DNA of 64,000 nt from Thermoanaerobaculia bacterium (GTDB lineage: Bacteria > Acidobacteriota > Thermoanaerobaculia > UBA5066). The DNA lies in assembly GCA_963719225.1 (NCBI GenBank), contig CAVRAY010000001.1, positions 896,001-960,000 on the forward strand, written 5' to 3'. Within the stretch, counting starts at the first letter, position 1, and each line of letters starts with the position of its first letter. Below are positions 26,518-35,884 of this stretch, piece by piece. The translations under genes were made by a program, and so were the position numbers. The notes beneath the pieces were generated by a model. The model was not told the DNA's origin, ran no database searches, and worked only from the letters and a program-made list of their open reading frames with translations.

Positions 26518-26933
26518 CCGGCGGAGCCGATCCGACGCCTTCCTGGCCGAACCCGGGCTTTTTCCGCCTCGCGACGATCCTCGGTCTTCTCGGGGCCCTG
26601 GCGCTGGGGGTGCTCGGAAGGTTTCAGGCCGCCCTCGCCTTGACTCTCGGGGCTGCCGTGGCTATCGTCTCGGCGCTCTGGCTGTCGGATCTCGTCGGTC
26701 GCTTCAAGGCGCCCGCACCGGGTGCGCCAGCCCGATTCGACTGGAAATTCGGGCTCAAGGCCGTTCTGAGGTATGCGTTCGTCGGTCTCGTCCTTTGGGG
26801 AACCGTGCGGGCGCTGCCGGCCGACGTCCGGTGGGTTCTCGTGGGCCTTTCGACGGTGGTCGCCGCGGTGGTGATCGACGGGCTTCGCGACCTCCTGACC
26901 GGCCGCCGGAACGGGACGGACACGGCCCATTGA
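26514..26933 (+). CDS. ATP synthase subunit I-like membrane protein
   Basis: Four hydrophobic segments, LKAVLRY; lies between the atpZ-like gene and atpB. Confidence 0.7.
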   Translation: MTGGADPTPSWPNPGFFRLATILGLLGALALGVLGRFQAALALTLGAAVAIVSALWLSDLVGRFKAPAPGAPARFDWKFGLKAVLRYAFVGLVLWGTVRALPADVRWVLVGLSTVVAAVVIDGLRDLLTGRRNGTDTAH

Positions 26934-26946
26934 GGGCGGAAACGAC

Positions 26947-27741
26947 GTGCATCACGAGCATTCGATATTCTTCGGGCTCTTCAACGCCCTCCTGACCCGC
27001 CTCTTCGGCCCCGTGGAGAGCGCGCCGTCCTGGTGGCGCGACGGGATCGCGCTCGGCACATTCCACGTCGGCGGGATCGCGCCCCGCGGCGAGCACGGCG
27101 AACTCGCGGGCTGGATTCCGGACCACGTCGCGATGTCGATCGCCGTCTTCCTCTTCTGTGCGGTGTTCTTCTTCCTCGCGTCGCGAAGCTATCGCAAGGA
27201 CGCGCCCGGCTCCGCGCAGAACGTGCTCGAGGTCTTCGTGGACTTCCTGCGCGACGTCATCAAGGAGAACATTCCGCATCACGGCGAGAAATACCTGCCG
27301 CTCGCCGGCGCGTTCTTCTTCTTCATTTTCCTGTCCAGCTTCTGCGGGCTCTTCTTCTTCCTGCAGCCGCCGACGGCGAACCTGAACGTCACGTTCGCGC
27401 TCTCGATCACGTGCTTCCTCTTCTTCAACGCCGCCGGAATCAAGGTACACGGGCTCTTCGGCTACCTCAAGCACTTCCTCGGTCCCATGCTGCTGCTCGC
27501 GCCGCTCATGTTTCTGATCGAGATGATCGGCATCTTCGCGCGCGCGCTTTCTCTTTCCATGCGTCTTTACGGAAACATCTTCGGCGAGCACACGGCAACC
27601 AGCATTTTTTCGAACCTCGTCCCGATCGTCGTGCCGTGGCCGATGATGGCGCTGACGATCTTCACGGCGCTGCTTCAGGCGTACGTCTTCACGCTTCTCA
27701 CGACCGTCTACCTGGGCGGAGCCACCGCCCACGAGCATTGA
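26947..27741 (+). CDS. atpB: F0F1 ATP synthase subunit a
   Basis: PGSAQNVLE, PPTANLN, ARALSLSMRLYGNIFGEH (conserved Arg), LQAYVFTLLT. Confidence 0.96.
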   Translation: MHHEHSIFFGLFNALLTRLFGPVESAPSWWRDGIALGTFHVGGIAPRGEHGELAGWIPDHVAMSIAVFLFCAVFFFLASRSYRKDAPGSAQNVLEVFVDFLRDVIKENIPHHGEKYLPLAGAFFFFIFLSSFCGLFFFLQPPTANLNVTFALSITCFLFFNAAGIKVHGLFGYLKHFLGPMLLLAPLMFLIEMIGIFARALSLSMRLYGNIFGEHTATSIFSNLVPIVVPWPMMALTIFTALLQAYVFTLLTTVYLGGATAHEH

Positions 27742-27786
27742 GTTTTCGAGAATCGAGCTTTTTCGATCACGAAAGGAGCCCTCGAC

Positions 27787-28104
27787 ATGTCCAAGAGAAT
27801 CCTTCCGGCCGGCGCCCTGGCGGCTCTGGCCCTCCTCCTCCCGAACCTCGCCGTCGCCCAGGAGGCCGTGAAGGCCGGCGCCGGCGCGGGCTGGGGCCAC
27901 CTCTCGGCCGCGATCGCGATCGGCCTCGCGGCGTTCGGCGGCGCGATCTCCCAGGGCCGCACGGCGGTCGCGGCGTGCGAGGGCATCGCTCGGAATCCGG
28001 GCGCAGGCGGCCCGATCCGGGCGATGGCGTTTCTTGCGCTCGTCCTCATCGAGTCGCTCGTCATTTACGCCCTCGTCATCGCCTTCGTCATCAACGGCAA
28101 GTAA
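27787..28104 (+). CDS. atpE: F0F1 ATP synthase subunit c with N-terminal signal-peptide-like extension
   Basis: SD AAGGAG; [17 protein letters not shown] loop, IESLVIY with the ion-binding Glu. Confidence 0.96.
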   Translation: MSKRILPAGALAALALLLPNLAVAQEAVKAGAGAGWGHLSAAIAIGLAAFGGAISQGRTAVAACEGIARNPGAGGPIRAMAFLALVLIESLVIYALVIAFVINGK

Positions 28105-28134
28105 ACCCTTCCCCTTCAGAAAGATGTCCAAACG

Positions 28135-28160
28135 GGCCCCGGATTCCCGGGGCCTTTTTT
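28135..28160 (+). terminator. Intrinsic terminator of the nuo-atp operon
   Basis: GGCCCCGG-ATTC-CCGGGGCC followed by T6. Confidence 0.85.
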
Positions 28161-28222
28161 CACGCCGCCGAAGCCGAAAGCGGGCGGTTTACGTCTTGCA
28201 TAGGGAGAAGCCGGAGCCCGAG

Positions 28223-28927
28223 ATGGCCGTTTCCGCACCCCAGAAGCCGTTCTCCTCGCCCTCCTCCTGGAATTTCAGGAGCGGGGAGCTTCCCTATGCG
28301 GACGCCCTGTACGGGTCTGCCCTCCGGCTGACGCGAAACCGGCAGGACGCCGAGGATCTCCTGCAGGAGACGTATCTCAAGGCGTTCGCGCACTACGACG
28401 GCTTCACCGAGGGGACGAACCTCAAGGCGTGGCTGTTTCGCATCCTCAAGAACGTCTTCATCAACGGCTACCGGCACACGAAGGCCGGGCCGAAAGAAGT
28501 CGATCTCGGAGCGAGCGGTGACGAAGCTCTCGATGCCGCGGGCTCGAAGGCGCGCGGGGGCGGAGCGAGCTCGACTCCCGAGGAAAGCCTGCTTGCCGCG
28601 ACGCTCGATCGAGAGGTCGCCGACGCGCTCGCGGCTCTGCCGGAGGACTTCCGCCTCGTGGTCGAGCTCGTCGACCTGCAGGACTTCTCCTACCGCGAGG
28701 TGGCCGACATCCTGGAGGTGCCGCTCGGCACCGTGATGTCGCGCCTCTATCGGGGCCGGCGCCTCCTCGAATCGGCGCTCCTCGAATACGGCCGCCGCCG
28801 CCATTACTTCGGCCCGGACGAGCCAACCCGGACGCGGCTCGCCGCGGGATGGCAGGCGGTCCCCCGGGCGACGGGCGGCCGGGATCCGGTCACCCTCTCG
28901 GAATACAGGCGGCGCCGCGAACGTTAG
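28223..28927 (+). CDS. ECF sigma-70 factor (SigH/SigR-like)
   Basis: [46 protein letters not shown]. Confidence 0.93.
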   Translation: MAVSAPQKPFSSPSSWNFRSGELPYADALYGSALRLTRNRQDAEDLLQETYLKAFAHYDGFTEGTNLKAWLFRILKNVFINGYRHTKAGPKEVDLGASGDEALDAAGSKARGGGASSTPEESLLAATLDREVADALAALPEDFRLVVELVDLQDFSYREVADILEVPLGTVMSRLYRGRRLLESALLEYGRRRHYFGPDEPTRTRLAAGWQAVPRATGGRDPVTLSEYRRRRER

Positions 28928-28941
28928 ACACTCCGGGCGAG

Positions 28942-29592
28942 ATGATGATGGATTGCCGAACGGCGAGCCTTTTGATCGAGGCTTACCATGATGACGAGCT
29001 GGAGCTCGTGGACGCGGCCCACCTCCTCGCGCACTTGGAAGAGTGCCCGCCGTGCCGGGACCGGTGCGAGGAAGCGGGAAAGCTCCGGGAGACCCTGAAG
29101 ACCTGCCGCCCCGTGGATCGATGCCCGGAGGAGCTCGCCCGGCGCCTCGCCCGGCAGCTCGACGTCGGAGTGAAACGCCGGCGGACCTTCCCGCGATCCG
29201 TCACGATCGTCCTTGCCGCGGGCTGCGGAATCGCCGTCGGCTGGGCGGCGGTCCGGCTCCGGGTGCTCCCGGTGAGCGGCGTCGCTCTCGCGAGTGCCGT
29301 CCAGAGGGTCGAGGGAGAGTTCGTGTGCCTGCGTTGCGCCATGGGCCGCGGCCTTCCCGGCTCCCGGCTCGAGGGAACCCCTCATCGCCCGCTTCTCCTC
29401 ACGTCGGACGGAAGGCTCTTCGTCGTGAGCGCCCGGAGCCCGGCGGCGACGCGTCTCGAGGTGGACGGGCCGGCGCGCCGGCACGTCGCCGTCATGGCGC
29501 GCCTCGACGATTCGAGCGGCACCGCCGACGTCGTCGACGTCCTTTCCGACTCTCCTGCCGCGGCTTCGGTTTCCTCCGCCGTCGCTCGCTAG
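28942..29592 (+). CDS. Zinc-finger (zf-HC2) transmembrane anti-sigma factor with extracytoplasmic CxxC domain
   Basis: C...AYHDDEL...HLEECPPC, one TM segment, then GEFVCLRC...HRPLLLTSDG. Confidence 0.8.
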   Translation: MMMDCRTASLLIEAYHDDELELVDAAHLLAHLEECPPCRDRCEEAGKLRETLKTCRPVDRCPEELARRLARQLDVGVKRRRTFPRSVTIVLAAGCGIAVGWAAVRLRVLPVSGVALASAVQRVEGEFVCLRCAMGRGLPGSRLEGTPHRPLLLTSDGRLFVVSARSPAATRLEVDGPARRHVAVMARLDDSSGTADVVDVLSDSPAAASVSSAVAR

Positions 29593-30104
29593 GCTCCCTG
29601 CGAAGCAGCGGGCGTCAGGACCTTCTCGAAGAGGATCGACTCCTTCGTCGAGTCCCCGGCCGCGACCGGAACCAGGTCCACGACGCGGAATCCGTAGAGC
29701 CAGAAAAGGTGGGGGCCGGCGGGCGACGCGGCGAACGATTGCGCGCGGAGGACGACCCGCCGGCGCTCCCGGCATTCCTCGATCCCGCGGAAGAGGAGCT
29801 CGCGCCCGATGCCTCCGTTCCGCTCGGACGCGTCCACGATGAGGCAGTCGAAGCGCGCGGTGTCGGGGTCCGCCGCGTCCCGGCTGACGAGCAGCGCGCC
29901 CACGAGCCGGCCGTCGCGTTCGGCGGTCAGAAGGACGTCGTGCTCGGCGTCGAACGCGGCCGCGTGCGCCGCCGCGTCGGCTCTCACGACCGCGCTCAAC
30001 GCCGGTTCGTACTCCTCGGAGGCGACGCGTTCGATGAAGGCCCGGGCCGCGACGAGCCCGTCGGTCCCGCGGCTCCGATAGACGACGTCTCCCGCCATGC
30101 TCAC
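29589..30104 (-). CDS. GNAT family N-acetyltransferase
   Basis: Tail of ORF 29589..31208: AERDGRLVG, LIVDASERNGGIGREL (motif A), YGF; start overlaps the argS stop. Confidence 0.8.
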   Translation of the reverse strand: MSMAGDVVYRSRGTDGLVAARAFIERVASEEYEPALSAVVRADAAAHAAAFDAEHDVLLTAERDGRLVGALLVSRDAADPDTARFDCLIVDASERNGGIGRELLFRGIEECRERRRVVLRAQSFAASPAGPHLFWLYGFRVVDLVPVAAGDSTKESILFEKVLTPAASQGA

Positions 30105-32176
30105 ATCCTGTCCGGCACCGGCACGCCGAGAACGCCGAGGACGTCCGCGAGGTGGTTGGAGACGACCTGGAGCGCGGCACGCCGGGCGCGGCGCGTCGTC
30201 TCGTTCTTCTCCTGCGCGATGGGATGCGTGTGGTAGAGGTGATGAAAACCGGCCGCGACCGCGAGCGCGTGCCTCACGAGGAGCGACACCTCGAGCGTCT
30301 CGCCCACCTTCTCGAACGTATCGAGCGTCCTCGAGCACGTCCTCACGACGTCCCAGAGCCCGTCGTCGAGCTCCGAGGCGGGAAGCCCCGCGAGGCCGGC
30401 GATCTCCTCGGCGTCGAGGCGGCCCGTGAGGCCGGTCTCCTCGAGCTTGCGAAAGATGTTCGCGGCGCGCACGGCGGCGTACTGGAGATACGGCCCCGTG
30501 TCGCCTTCGAACGCGAGCGCCTCGTCGAGGTCGAACGCGATGACCTTGTTCCGCGAGAACCGCGTCATGTACACCCTCAGCGCGCCGACGGCGATCGCCT
30601 CGGCACGGCCGGCCTCCGGAGGCTCGTTCGACCGCGACTGGATCTGGTCCTTCGCCTTCTCGACGAGCTGGTCGAGGAGATCGTCCGCCTTGACGCCGAG
30701 GCCGCGGCGCCCCGACATCTCGACGAACGGACGCGCGCGGTCCTCGTCCGTCAGCTCCACGCCGAGCGCCTCCGCGGAGGCCGGCGTGAGCGCGACCATC
30801 TCGTACGCGAAGTGGACGGACCGGTCGGCCGCCTCCGGATAGCCGGCGCGCCGGACCGCTTCCTTGACGACCTTCTGGGGATAGGACTGGCGCACGTCGA
30901 TCACGTTGATGACCTGGGTTCCGTGGCCGAAGCGCCCGCGCGCCGAGGGATCGGCGCCGGCCTCGTCGTGTCGGGTCCGGTAGAGCGGGGAGACGCCGTC
31001 CGAGGCGTGAAACTCCGGCGAGCCGTCGACGTCCCGGTATGGAAGCTCTTCGTACTCGAAGTCGATCCCGAGGACGCCGAGCTTCCAGAGCTGGTAGGCG
31101 ACGTCCTTTCCCGTGTACGTGACCGTTCCGTTCGAGCGCACGAGGATCTTGTCCGCGTCCTCCATCCCCTCGAACTCGGGAGATCCTTCGAGAGGCATGA
31201 CCCAGCACCCCGCGTTCTTGCCGTCGGTTTCGAGGCGCGCGGCGCCGGCCCTTTGCAGGAGCTCGAAGGCCTTCACCCAGAAGCGGCGCGCGAGGATGTC
31301 GCTTTCGCGGGGCAGGAGGTCGTAATTCACGCCCACGCGTTCCATCGTGAGGAGGTGGCAGCGCACGACGGCCTCGGCGAGGCGCCCGGCGAGAGCGGAC
31401 GTCGCGGCGCCTTCGTCGTCCAGGTCCTCGCCCAGGGCGGCGCCCTCGATCGCATGAAGCGTGGCACGCCGCTTCTCCTCGAGAGAGGGATCGGCCGCGT
31501 AGCTCCGGATCGCGAGCGCGTAGAGGTCCCAGGCGAGGTCGCCCAGCCTGCGCGGCGCGACGCCGGGCGCGTGCTCGGGGAAGGCGTCCAGGATCTCCCG
31601 GATCTCCTCGCCGAGGCGCTTCGCGCGCGAGCTTTCGACGAGCTCCCCGGGGTTCTGGAGAGCGACGACGACGTCGGCGACCTGGACGCCCGTGTCGTCG
31701 AGGTAGTTCTGGATCTCGACCCGCCGCCCGAGCCTCTTGAACGTGCTCACGAGGACGTCGCCGAGAACGGCGTTCCTCAGGTGCCCGATGTGGGCCGCCT
31801 TGTTCGGGTTGATGTTCGTGTGCTCGATGATGAGCTTGCCGGCCGCTTCGGGCGCGGCGAGCGCTGTCCTTCCGGCGGCCAGCATCATCCCGAGGACGCG
31901 CGGCCGGTCGACGAAGAAGTTGAGGTAGCCGCCGCCCTCCACGGTGCGCTTGACGACGAGAGCGGGCAGCGCGAGCGCGGGCGCGATCTCCTCGGCGAGC
32001 TTCCTGGGCGGCCTCTTCAGCACCTTGGCGAGCTCGAACGCCACGGGGCAGGCGAGGTCGCCCAGCTCGACCTTCGGAGGCGTCTCGAGGACGATGCGCG
32101 GCGCGTCCACGCCGAAGAGGCGCCGGCAGGCCTCCGCGACGGCGCTCTCGAGCTCGCGTTTGAGGCCGGGAATCAA
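30101..32176 (-). CDS. argS: Arginine--tRNA ligase (Thermus/archaeal-like long form)
   Basis: EHTNINPNKAAHIGHLRN, MSGRRG, GDTGPYLQYA, C-terminal PDRM; TTG start after GAGAGG. Confidence 0.95.
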   Translation of the reverse strand: MIPGLKRELESAVAEACRRLFGVDAPRIVLETPPKVELGDLACPVAFELAKVLKRPPRKLAEEIAPALALPALVVKRTVEGGGYLNFFVDRPRVLGMMLAAGRTALAAPEAAGKLIIEHTNINPNKAAHIGHLRNAVLGDVLVSTFKRLGRRVEIQNYLDDTGVQVADVVVALQNPGELVESSRAKRLGEEIREILDAFPEHAPGVAPRRLGDLAWDLYALAIRSYAADPSLEEKRRATLHAIEGAALGEDLDDEGAATSALAGRLAEAVVRCHLLTMERVGVNYDLLPRESDILARRFWVKAFELLQRAGAARLETDGKNAGCWVMPLEGSPEFEGMEDADKILVRSNGTVTYTGKDVAYQLWKLGVLGIDFEYEELPYRDVDGSPEFHASDGVSPLYRTRHDEAGADPSARGRFGHGTQVINVIDVRQSYPQKVVKEAVRRAGYPEAADRSVHFAYEMVALTPASAEALGVELTDEDRARPFVEMSGRRGLGVKADDLLDQLVEKAKDQIQSRSNEPPEAGRAEAIAVGALRVYMTRFSRNKVIAFDLDEALAFEGDTGPYLQYAAVRAANIFRKLEETGLTGRLDAEEIAGLAGLPASELDDGLWDVVRTCSRTLDTFEKVGETLEVSLLVRHALAVAAGFHHLYHTHPIAQEKNETTRRARRAALQVVSNHLADVLGVLGVPVPDRM

Positions 32177-32256
32177 GCGGCGGCGCCCCTCTCGGGAGGC
32201 CGAAAACTTATCGCGCGCATGCGGCGCGGATTCTCGCACGTCGTAAGATTCTCCTC

Positions 32257-32721
32257 GTGCCCGAAGACTCTGCGGTCGTTCGGCAAGCTCTCGTCGGCGT
32301 GCCGCCCGAGCGCGCGTTCTCCGCCTTCGTGAACGTCTCGGACGTGCTCGCGTGGCTCGCGGACGGCGCCGTGATCGGAAAGAGGCCCGGAGGAAACTGG
32401 GCGCTCGGCTGGTACGCCGACCCGGATTCCGACGCCGGCTACAGCTCGATCGGCCAGTTCGAGGTCTTCGACCCGGGCCGCCGCTTCGTGGTCTCGAATC
32501 TCGTGTTCTCGACGCCGGAGGGGGAGTCTTTCGGCGGCATGCGCCTCGTCGTGGAGTTCGAGAAAACTCCCGAAGGCACGCACATCACGGTGACGCAGTC
32601 GGGCTTCGGGGAGTCCGCGGCGTGGAACGCGTACCGCGACCGGCTCGGCCCCGGCTGGGAGCGGATGCTCTCGGACCTCAAGGGATGGCTCGAAGAGGGA
32701 AAGAAGCTCCCGGGGCGTTAG
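32257..32721 (+). CDS. SRPBCC/AHSA1-like domain protein
   Basis: VPPERAFSAF...LAWL, EGTHITVTQSGF, GWERMLSDLKGWLE. Confidence 0.85.
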   Translation: MPEDSAVVRQALVGVPPERAFSAFVNVSDVLAWLADGAVIGKRPGGNWALGWYADPDSDAGYSSIGQFEVFDPGRRFVVSNLVFSTPEGESFGGMRLVVEFEKTPEGTHITVTQSGFGESAAWNAYRDRLGPGWERMLSDLKGWLEEGKKLPGR

Positions 32722-32774
32722 CGCGCCGCGCGCTTCGCGCGCGACCGGGGAGGGCGCGCTAGCAACTGCGAGTA

Positions 32775-32806
32775 ATGGGGGGAAACACGGTCGTGTTTCC
32801 CCCCAT
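32775..32806. terminator. Perfect hairpin between convergent genes (bidirectional terminator or REP-like)
   Basis: ATGGGGGGAAACACG-GT-CGTGTTTCCCCCCAT; no U-tract. Confidence 0.55.
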
Positions 32807-32835
32807 GCCCCCCTTCACCGCTCGAGTAAGGTCAC

Positions 32836-35565
32836 CTAGAAGGTGAGCAGCGCCGTCAGGCGGAAGCTGCGCGGCGCGGCGAACTGGGTGCGGGACGTCG
32901 CCTTGCCGTAGAGAGCCGGATTCGTGCTCGTGGAGCCAGCGAGCTGCGTCTGCGTGTCGGTCACGTTGAAGCACTCGGCCTTGATGCCGAGGGCGATTTC
33001 CTTCCACACCGTGACGTCGCCCTGGAGCGCGGCATCCCAGTAGAACTGCCAGGGGAACCTGTCCGAGCCCCGCTCCGTCACGAACTGCGAGTAGTTCGTG
33101 CCGGCCACGTTGACCGTCCTCTGCTGCTGGTTCGGCGTCCCGGACCTGAGGCCGAGCGTCGACGCGAGCGTGATGCGCGCGGGCCCGGCGGGCAGAGTGT
33201 AGGCGCCGTAGCCCTTGATGTCGTGCGTGCGGTCGAAGGGCGAGAGCCCGTACTTGTTCAGCTCGTTGACCTGGAGGCCCGTGAGGCTGCCTGAGGCCGC
33301 CGAGGAGACGTTCGCGAGGTAATCGCCGAGGGCCGTGGCGATTCCGCCACCGGAGGGGAAGGTGTTTCCCTCCGTCCGGCTCAGCGTGTACGACACGAGC
33401 GCTTGCCAGTTGTTCGCGAAGCGCTTGTCGATGACGAACTCGAGGCCGCGATACCGGCGGGTGGCGCCGTCGTAGTTCACGTAGTCGAGAGTGCGGACGC
33501 CGTTCGTGAGGGTCTTGACGTCGTCGATGAGATCGTTCCACTTCCGGTACGTGCCGCGCACCGAGACCCCGAGGAACCGGCCGATCTGCTGCTCGAAGGC
33601 GACCGTGAAGTCGTCGGAATAGCTCGGCTTGAGGCCGAGGTTCACGGGGGTCGAGTTGCCGCCGAGGTCCACGTGCGAGTCGAAGTCGAACTTCCCGGTC
33701 CCGGGGTTGTAGAAATAGTCGTCGAAGATTCCCTGCTGCGGAATGGACGCGAAGCCGTCCTCGAAGGCCTGGATGAGGGACTGGTAGAACCGGCCGTAGC
33801 CGCCCGAGACGAGCATCTTCCCGGTACCCGCGATGTCGAACTTGAAGGAAATCCGCGGGGACCAGACGGTCTTGTCGAAGACCGTGTTCCCGAGGTCGCT
33901 CTTCCCGTCCTGCTTGTCGACGCGGAAGCCGGCGTTCACGAAGAGGCGCCCGAAGTCCATCCGGTCGAGGAGGTAGACGCTGTAGATGTTGCCCTTGGAC
34001 GTCGAGGGCACCGGCGGGGCGAAAATCTGCACCTCGCTCGGCGAGAACTCCCGCGTCGCCTGGTTGAAGGAATCGTCGATGTACACCGCGTTGCCGGGAT
34101 ACGCGAACGACGCGCCCGACTCGAGCTTCTGGTAGTCGAAGCCGAGCTTGAAGTTGTGGTTCGAGGACCCGAGCTGCTTGTAATACTGCGCCGCGAGGCC
34201 GAACTGCGTCCGCGGGCGCTCCACGAATCCCACGAACGTCGCGCCGTTCCAGAAGACGTTCTGGGACGTGTCAAGGTGCGGCGCAATGACCTGCGTCGTG
34301 GCGATGTTCGCGCCGTTGAAGACGTAGAAAGGCGCGACGGTCGCCGCCTGGAACGGGAGGACGTCGATGCGGCTCGTGGAATCCGCGAACAGAGCCTCGA
34401 TGGAGAACGATGAGGAAAGGACGCCCTGGTAGCTCCCGCGATAGACGTGGCCGCCCTGGTCCTGGCCGGTCAGCGCCTGCCGGTCGGCCGACCCGCCCCA
34501 GTAGTCCACGACGAAGCCGGTGATCGGATCGCCGTTCCCCGAGGCCTCGAGGGTGTGCTGGTTCGTGATGGCCCACGTGGCCTTCGCGCTCCAGATCTTC
34601 GCGTCGGTCGTCTGCTGGTAGTTCTCGCCGCCGATAACCGTCTGGGCGGCGGCGCTCGTCGTCTTCGCCAGCTCGTACGAGCCGAAGAACCAGAGGTGGT
34701 CGCGGAAGAAGGGGCCGCCGAGGGTCGCGGCCTCGCGCCACTGGATCTCGTCGAACTTCGTCCGCGCGAGGCTCGCGCCGTTCGTCTGGTTCGTCTGATA
34801 ATTCTGGCCGTTCCACTGGTCGTTCGTGGCGATCGCTTTGGCGGAGCCGTGGAAGTCGTTCCCGCCGCTCTTCGTGACGACCGAGATGACGCCGCCGCTC
34901 GCGCGCCCGTACTCGGCCGAGAAGTTGCCGGTGTTGACGTTCACTTCCTGGATCGCCTCGAAGTTGAAGTTCTGGCCGAAAGTGCCGGTCGTCGTGTCCG
35001 TCGTGTCGACCCCGTCGAACAGGAAGATGTTCTCCTGGTTGAGGGCGCCGTGGACGTTCGGGTTCGCGCCGCCGGTCACGCCGGGCGCGAGCTGCAGAAG
35101 CGACTGGTAGCTGCGCCCGACGGCCAGCTTCTGCGTGAACTTCGAGTCCACGGTCGTCTGCGTGTTCGTCTGCGTCTTGTCGATGACCGGGAGCTCCGCC
35201 GAGACGGTCACGGTCTCCGCGATCGTGCTCATCGTGAGAGCGGCGTTGAACTGCGTGTTCTTCTCCGTCTCGACGGTCACCGTGGTCGTGACCTTGCCGA
35301 AGCCGGAAAGGGCGACGATCACGTTGTATTCGCCGATGGGCAGGAGGCGAATCTGGTACGAGCCGTTCGAGGACGTCACGGCGTCACGCGAGAAACCGCC
35401 CTTGACGCTCTTCGCCGTGACCTGCGCTCCGGGGAGCGGGCCGCCGGCGGAGTCCTTGACGGTTCCTCCGATCGAGCCGGTCTGCGTGCCGTCAGCCCAC
35501 GCGCCTCCCGCCAGGGCAAGCGTCGCGACGATCATGATCGACGCTAAAACGAATCGATGCTTCAT
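32836..35565 (-). CDS. TonB-dependent receptor, Oar-like, with N-terminal carboxypeptidase-regulatory-like domain (TBDR-1)
   Basis: SD AAGGAGG, signal peptide, GTVKD..GGPLPGAQV, SAEYGRASGGVISVVTKSGGNDFHGS, beta-barrel ending in Phe. Confidence 0.9.
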   Translation of the reverse strand: MKHRFVLASIMIVATLALAGGAWADGTQTGSIGGTVKDSAGGPLPGAQVTAKSVKGGFSRDAVTSSNGSYQIRLLPIGEYNVIVALSGFGKVTTTVTVETEKNTQFNAALTMSTIAETVTVSAELPVIDKTQTNTQTTVDSKFTQKLAVGRSYQSLLQLAPGVTGGANPNVHGALNQENIFLFDGVDTTDTTTGTFGQNFNFEAIQEVNVNTGNFSAEYGRASGGVISVVTKSGGNDFHGSAKAIATNDQWNGQNYQTNQTNGASLARTKFDEIQWREAATLGGPFFRDHLWFFGSYELAKTTSAAAQTVIGGENYQQTTDAKIWSAKATWAITNQHTLEASGNGDPITGFVVDYWGGSADRQALTGQDQGGHVYRGSYQGVLSSSFSIEALFADSTSRIDVLPFQAATVAPFYVFNGANIATTQVIAPHLDTSQNVFWNGATFVGFVERPRTQFGLAAQYYKQLGSSNHNFKLGFDYQKLESGASFAYPGNAVYIDDSFNQATREFSPSEVQIFAPPVPSTSKGNIYSVYLLDRMDFGRLFVNAGFRVDKQDGKSDLGNTVFDKTVWSPRISFKFDIAGTGKMLVSGGYGRFYQSLIQAFEDGFASIPQQGIFDDYFYNPGTGKFDFDSHVDLGGNSTPVNLGLKPSYSDDFTVAFEQQIGRFLGVSVRGTYRKWNDLIDDVKTLTNGVRTLDYVNYDGATRRYRGLEFVIDKRFANNWQALVSYTLSRTEGNTFPSGGGIATALGDYLANVSSAASGSLTGLQVNELNKYGLSPFDRTHDIKGYGAYTLPAGPARITLASTLGLRSGTPNQQQRTVNVAGTNYSQFVTERGSDRFPWQFYWDAALQGDVTVWKEIALGIKAECFNVTDTQTQLAGSTSTNPALYGKATSRTQFAAPRSFRLTALLTF

Positions 35566-35655
35566 CTCGGCCTCCTTTGCCATTTAATGTCCCCTCGGGG
35601 ACGAACTCCCATTTTTCAGGGATGAAAAACGCCATTTCCTATTCGAACGGCACAC

Positions 35656-35671
35656 AGCATCAGTCGTGCCA
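35656..35671 (-). promoter_or_regulatory. Sigma54 (-24/-12) promoter upstream of TBDR-1
   Basis: Minus strand TGGCACG-ACTG-ATGCT versus consensus TGGCACG-N4-TTGCW. Confidence 0.75.
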
Positions 35672-35884
35672 CTGTTTCCAGACAGATCGGATTCTCTGAT
35701 GTGATTGTAGACGAGGGATTCTGTGGAAAGCGAATCAAGGTCTGGTACGGAAAGCCGGACCGCCGTTCGGAAACTTGAACTGGCTCTGGAGACTGTGAAG
35801 AGCGTCACGGCTGACCATCCCCGCGAGGAGCCTTATGATCCGAGACCCCATGGCGGAGCCTTCCCGATGGAATGGAGATCCCCG

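Noticed and set aside
35753-35770. TGGTACG near 35743-35749 as a sigma54 promoter for GWxTD-1
   Set aside because: No GC at the -12 position.
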